This document shows positions 59,998 through 61,233 of a stretch of DNA of 61,233 nt, piece after piece; the stretch's first letter is position 1, and each line of letters begins with the position of its first letter. Made by a program: the position numbers and the translations under genes. The stretch is from Candidatus Odyssella sp. Its GTDB lineage: Bacteria > Pseudomonadota > Alphaproteobacteria > Paracaedibacterales > CAITNM01. The stretch is taken from positions 1 through 61,233 of the forward strand of contig DYTB01000006.1 of NCBI GenBank assembly GCA_020726185.1, written 5' to 3'. Under the pieces are notes generated by a model that worked only from the letters and a program-made list of their open reading frames with translations, was not told the DNA's origin and did no database searches.

Positions 59998-61188
59998 TTA
60001 TGAACGGTATTGTTGCAGCAAATTTTCGCTTTCTTCTTTAACTTCATAGACAGATCGGCCTACTGCTGCAGCTATATTATTATAAGACCAGCCTGCATTA
60101 AGGTACTTTTCAATATTTTTTTTCTGTTGTTGGGTTAGTTCAGTACGCCTTCTTTGGGATGGCCTAGTAACTTCATCGTCTCGTTCTGTACCTTCTTCTA
60201 CAAAATCATCTGCGGCAACAGCAGCTGATGATCCTGAAACCATAACTACACTAGAAGCACCACTGCCATTAGCAGAAGCAGAAGCCGCAGGAAGAAGAAG
60301 AGAAATAACTGGAGATGCAGGAACACCTGCACCACTCAATGCAGATTCTATAACATTCTTGGTTCTTACTGCTCTTGCTTTTTCCCCAACATTCACGTAC
60401 GGAACTGGAGCTGCTGAACTACCTATTCCTGTATCATCTGTAAGAGTTTGCGCAGACGCCCTATTTGGTGATCCAATCTCGTTAGAATGTTCTCTACTTC
60501 TTGGCGTAACCTCAAAGTACTTATTAATAGTATCTCTAGCAAAAAATAAATCATCTACCCTATTACCGCTGAAAGAATACCCACAAACCGATACTAATTG
60601 AGCCATTTCTATAAAGCGTACTTTTACGCCGATTCCAGACATAACGCTGTTTAACAAGTCGAACATTTCTAGTCGTTGTACTTGTGCAGGATCTGCTGCA
60701 TTATATGCATCAATAGTTCTATCACCAGTCATTCGAGATTCAAGACTGAGACGCATTAAGCGTGCTTTTGCCACAGTTAGGTTTCGACGTGAAGCATCAG
60801 TAAGCTCACCACCAAGCGCACTATTAGTATGCCTCAGCAGACTTTCAAAAGTGCAATCAGGAACATCTATCCTTACGTCTCTCATTACGTCACTTGCACT
60901 TCTACTCCAACCCGCGAATTTCACAAGGGATCTCAGTATATGAACAAAGTCATATCTAGAGGTCAGTCGCTGAAATAGATAACGAAAAGCCCTTCGATAA
61001 CCAGTATTCTCCTGATCAGTTGTCATTTCACGAAGAGCATCATGACCAAACGATAGCTTTTTATCTACGACTTGCTGACAGTGATGAATCATTCTGCGCT
61101 CTTCGCGTCCAACATCCCCAACAGCTCCATAAATTTTTAATGTTAAGCAAAATATAAAAATAGTTTTTAATATCATTATTGGAGACAC
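59998..61188 (-). CDS. Secreted hypothetical protein with a C-terminal helix-turn-helix
   Basis: Signal-like MILKTIFIFCLTLKIYGA; Ser/Ala linker; RPSQRRRT then ELTQQQKKNIEKYLNAGWSYNNIAAAVGRSVYEVKEE. Confidence 0.65.
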   Translation of the reverse strand: MSPIMILKTIFIFCLTLKIYGAVGDVGREERRMIHHCQQVVDKKLSFGHDALREMTTDQENTGYRRAFRYLFQRLTSRYDFVHILRSLVKFAGWSRSASDVMRDVRIDVPDCTFESLLRHTNSALGGELTDASRRNLTVAKARLMRLSLESRMTGDRTIDAYNAADPAQVQRLEMFDLLNSVMSGIGVKVRFIEMAQLVSVCGYSFSGNRVDDLFFARDTINKYFEVTPRSREHSNEIGSPNRASAQTLTDDTGIGSSAAPVPYVNVGEKARAVRTKNVIESALSGAGVPASPVISLLLPAASASANGSGASSVVMVSGSSAAVAADDFVEEGTERDDEVTRPSQRRRTELTQQQKKNIEKYLNAGWSYNNIAAAVGRSVYEVKEESENLLQQYRS

Positions 61189-61233
61189 TTAACTAAAGAA
61201 CGATAAGAAGGGTTTGAGTAGTTTTTCAAGATT

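Noticed and set aside
59998-60160. IS30 transposase remnant
   Set aside because: Only an HTH-like segment at the C-terminus of a long intact ORF; no DDE domain or terminal inverted repeats seen.

Overview
AT-rich alphaproteobacterial chromosome segment. The gene content suggests a protist endosymbiont, probably Holosporales-like (inference, no marker gene in the window): NDUFA12, one-cysteine DksA, RpoH, cydPABX, AmpG and TyrP uptake permeases, scattered T6SS genes, broken dcw, lepB-rnc and clpP-clpX operons, and many orphan proteins with signal peptides. Housekeeping genes (rluD, tRNA-Ser, rpoH, lepB, tsaD, rsmA, dksA, dnaB, lon, clpX, rnc, ddl, ftsQ, dusB, rpmG) are interleaved with accessory genes. 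Main leads: (1) a secreted ~800-aa protein next to tssF-tssG with OTU-deubiquitinase-like Cys-loop (GDGMC) and His-loop (GHYD) motifs split by about 500 aa of helical sequence; (2) a four-gene module of adenylate cyclase, HAD hydrolase, a cNMP-domain/SLC13 transporter fusion and an orphan substrate-binding protein; (3) several signal-peptide proteins with NLS-like, YNLRxR or HTH features (candidate nucleomodulins); (4) VgrG with recently duplicated spike repeats followed by a MORN-repeat gene; (5) an unannotated promoter plus long hairpin (possible 6S-like RNA); (6) a dusB-fis-like pair in an alphaproteobacterium; (7) at least six gene lesions of different types, suggesting ongoing erosion. 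Three small genes missing from the ORF track were read by hand: cydX, cydP and rpmG. All calls come from motif reading only; no searches were run.
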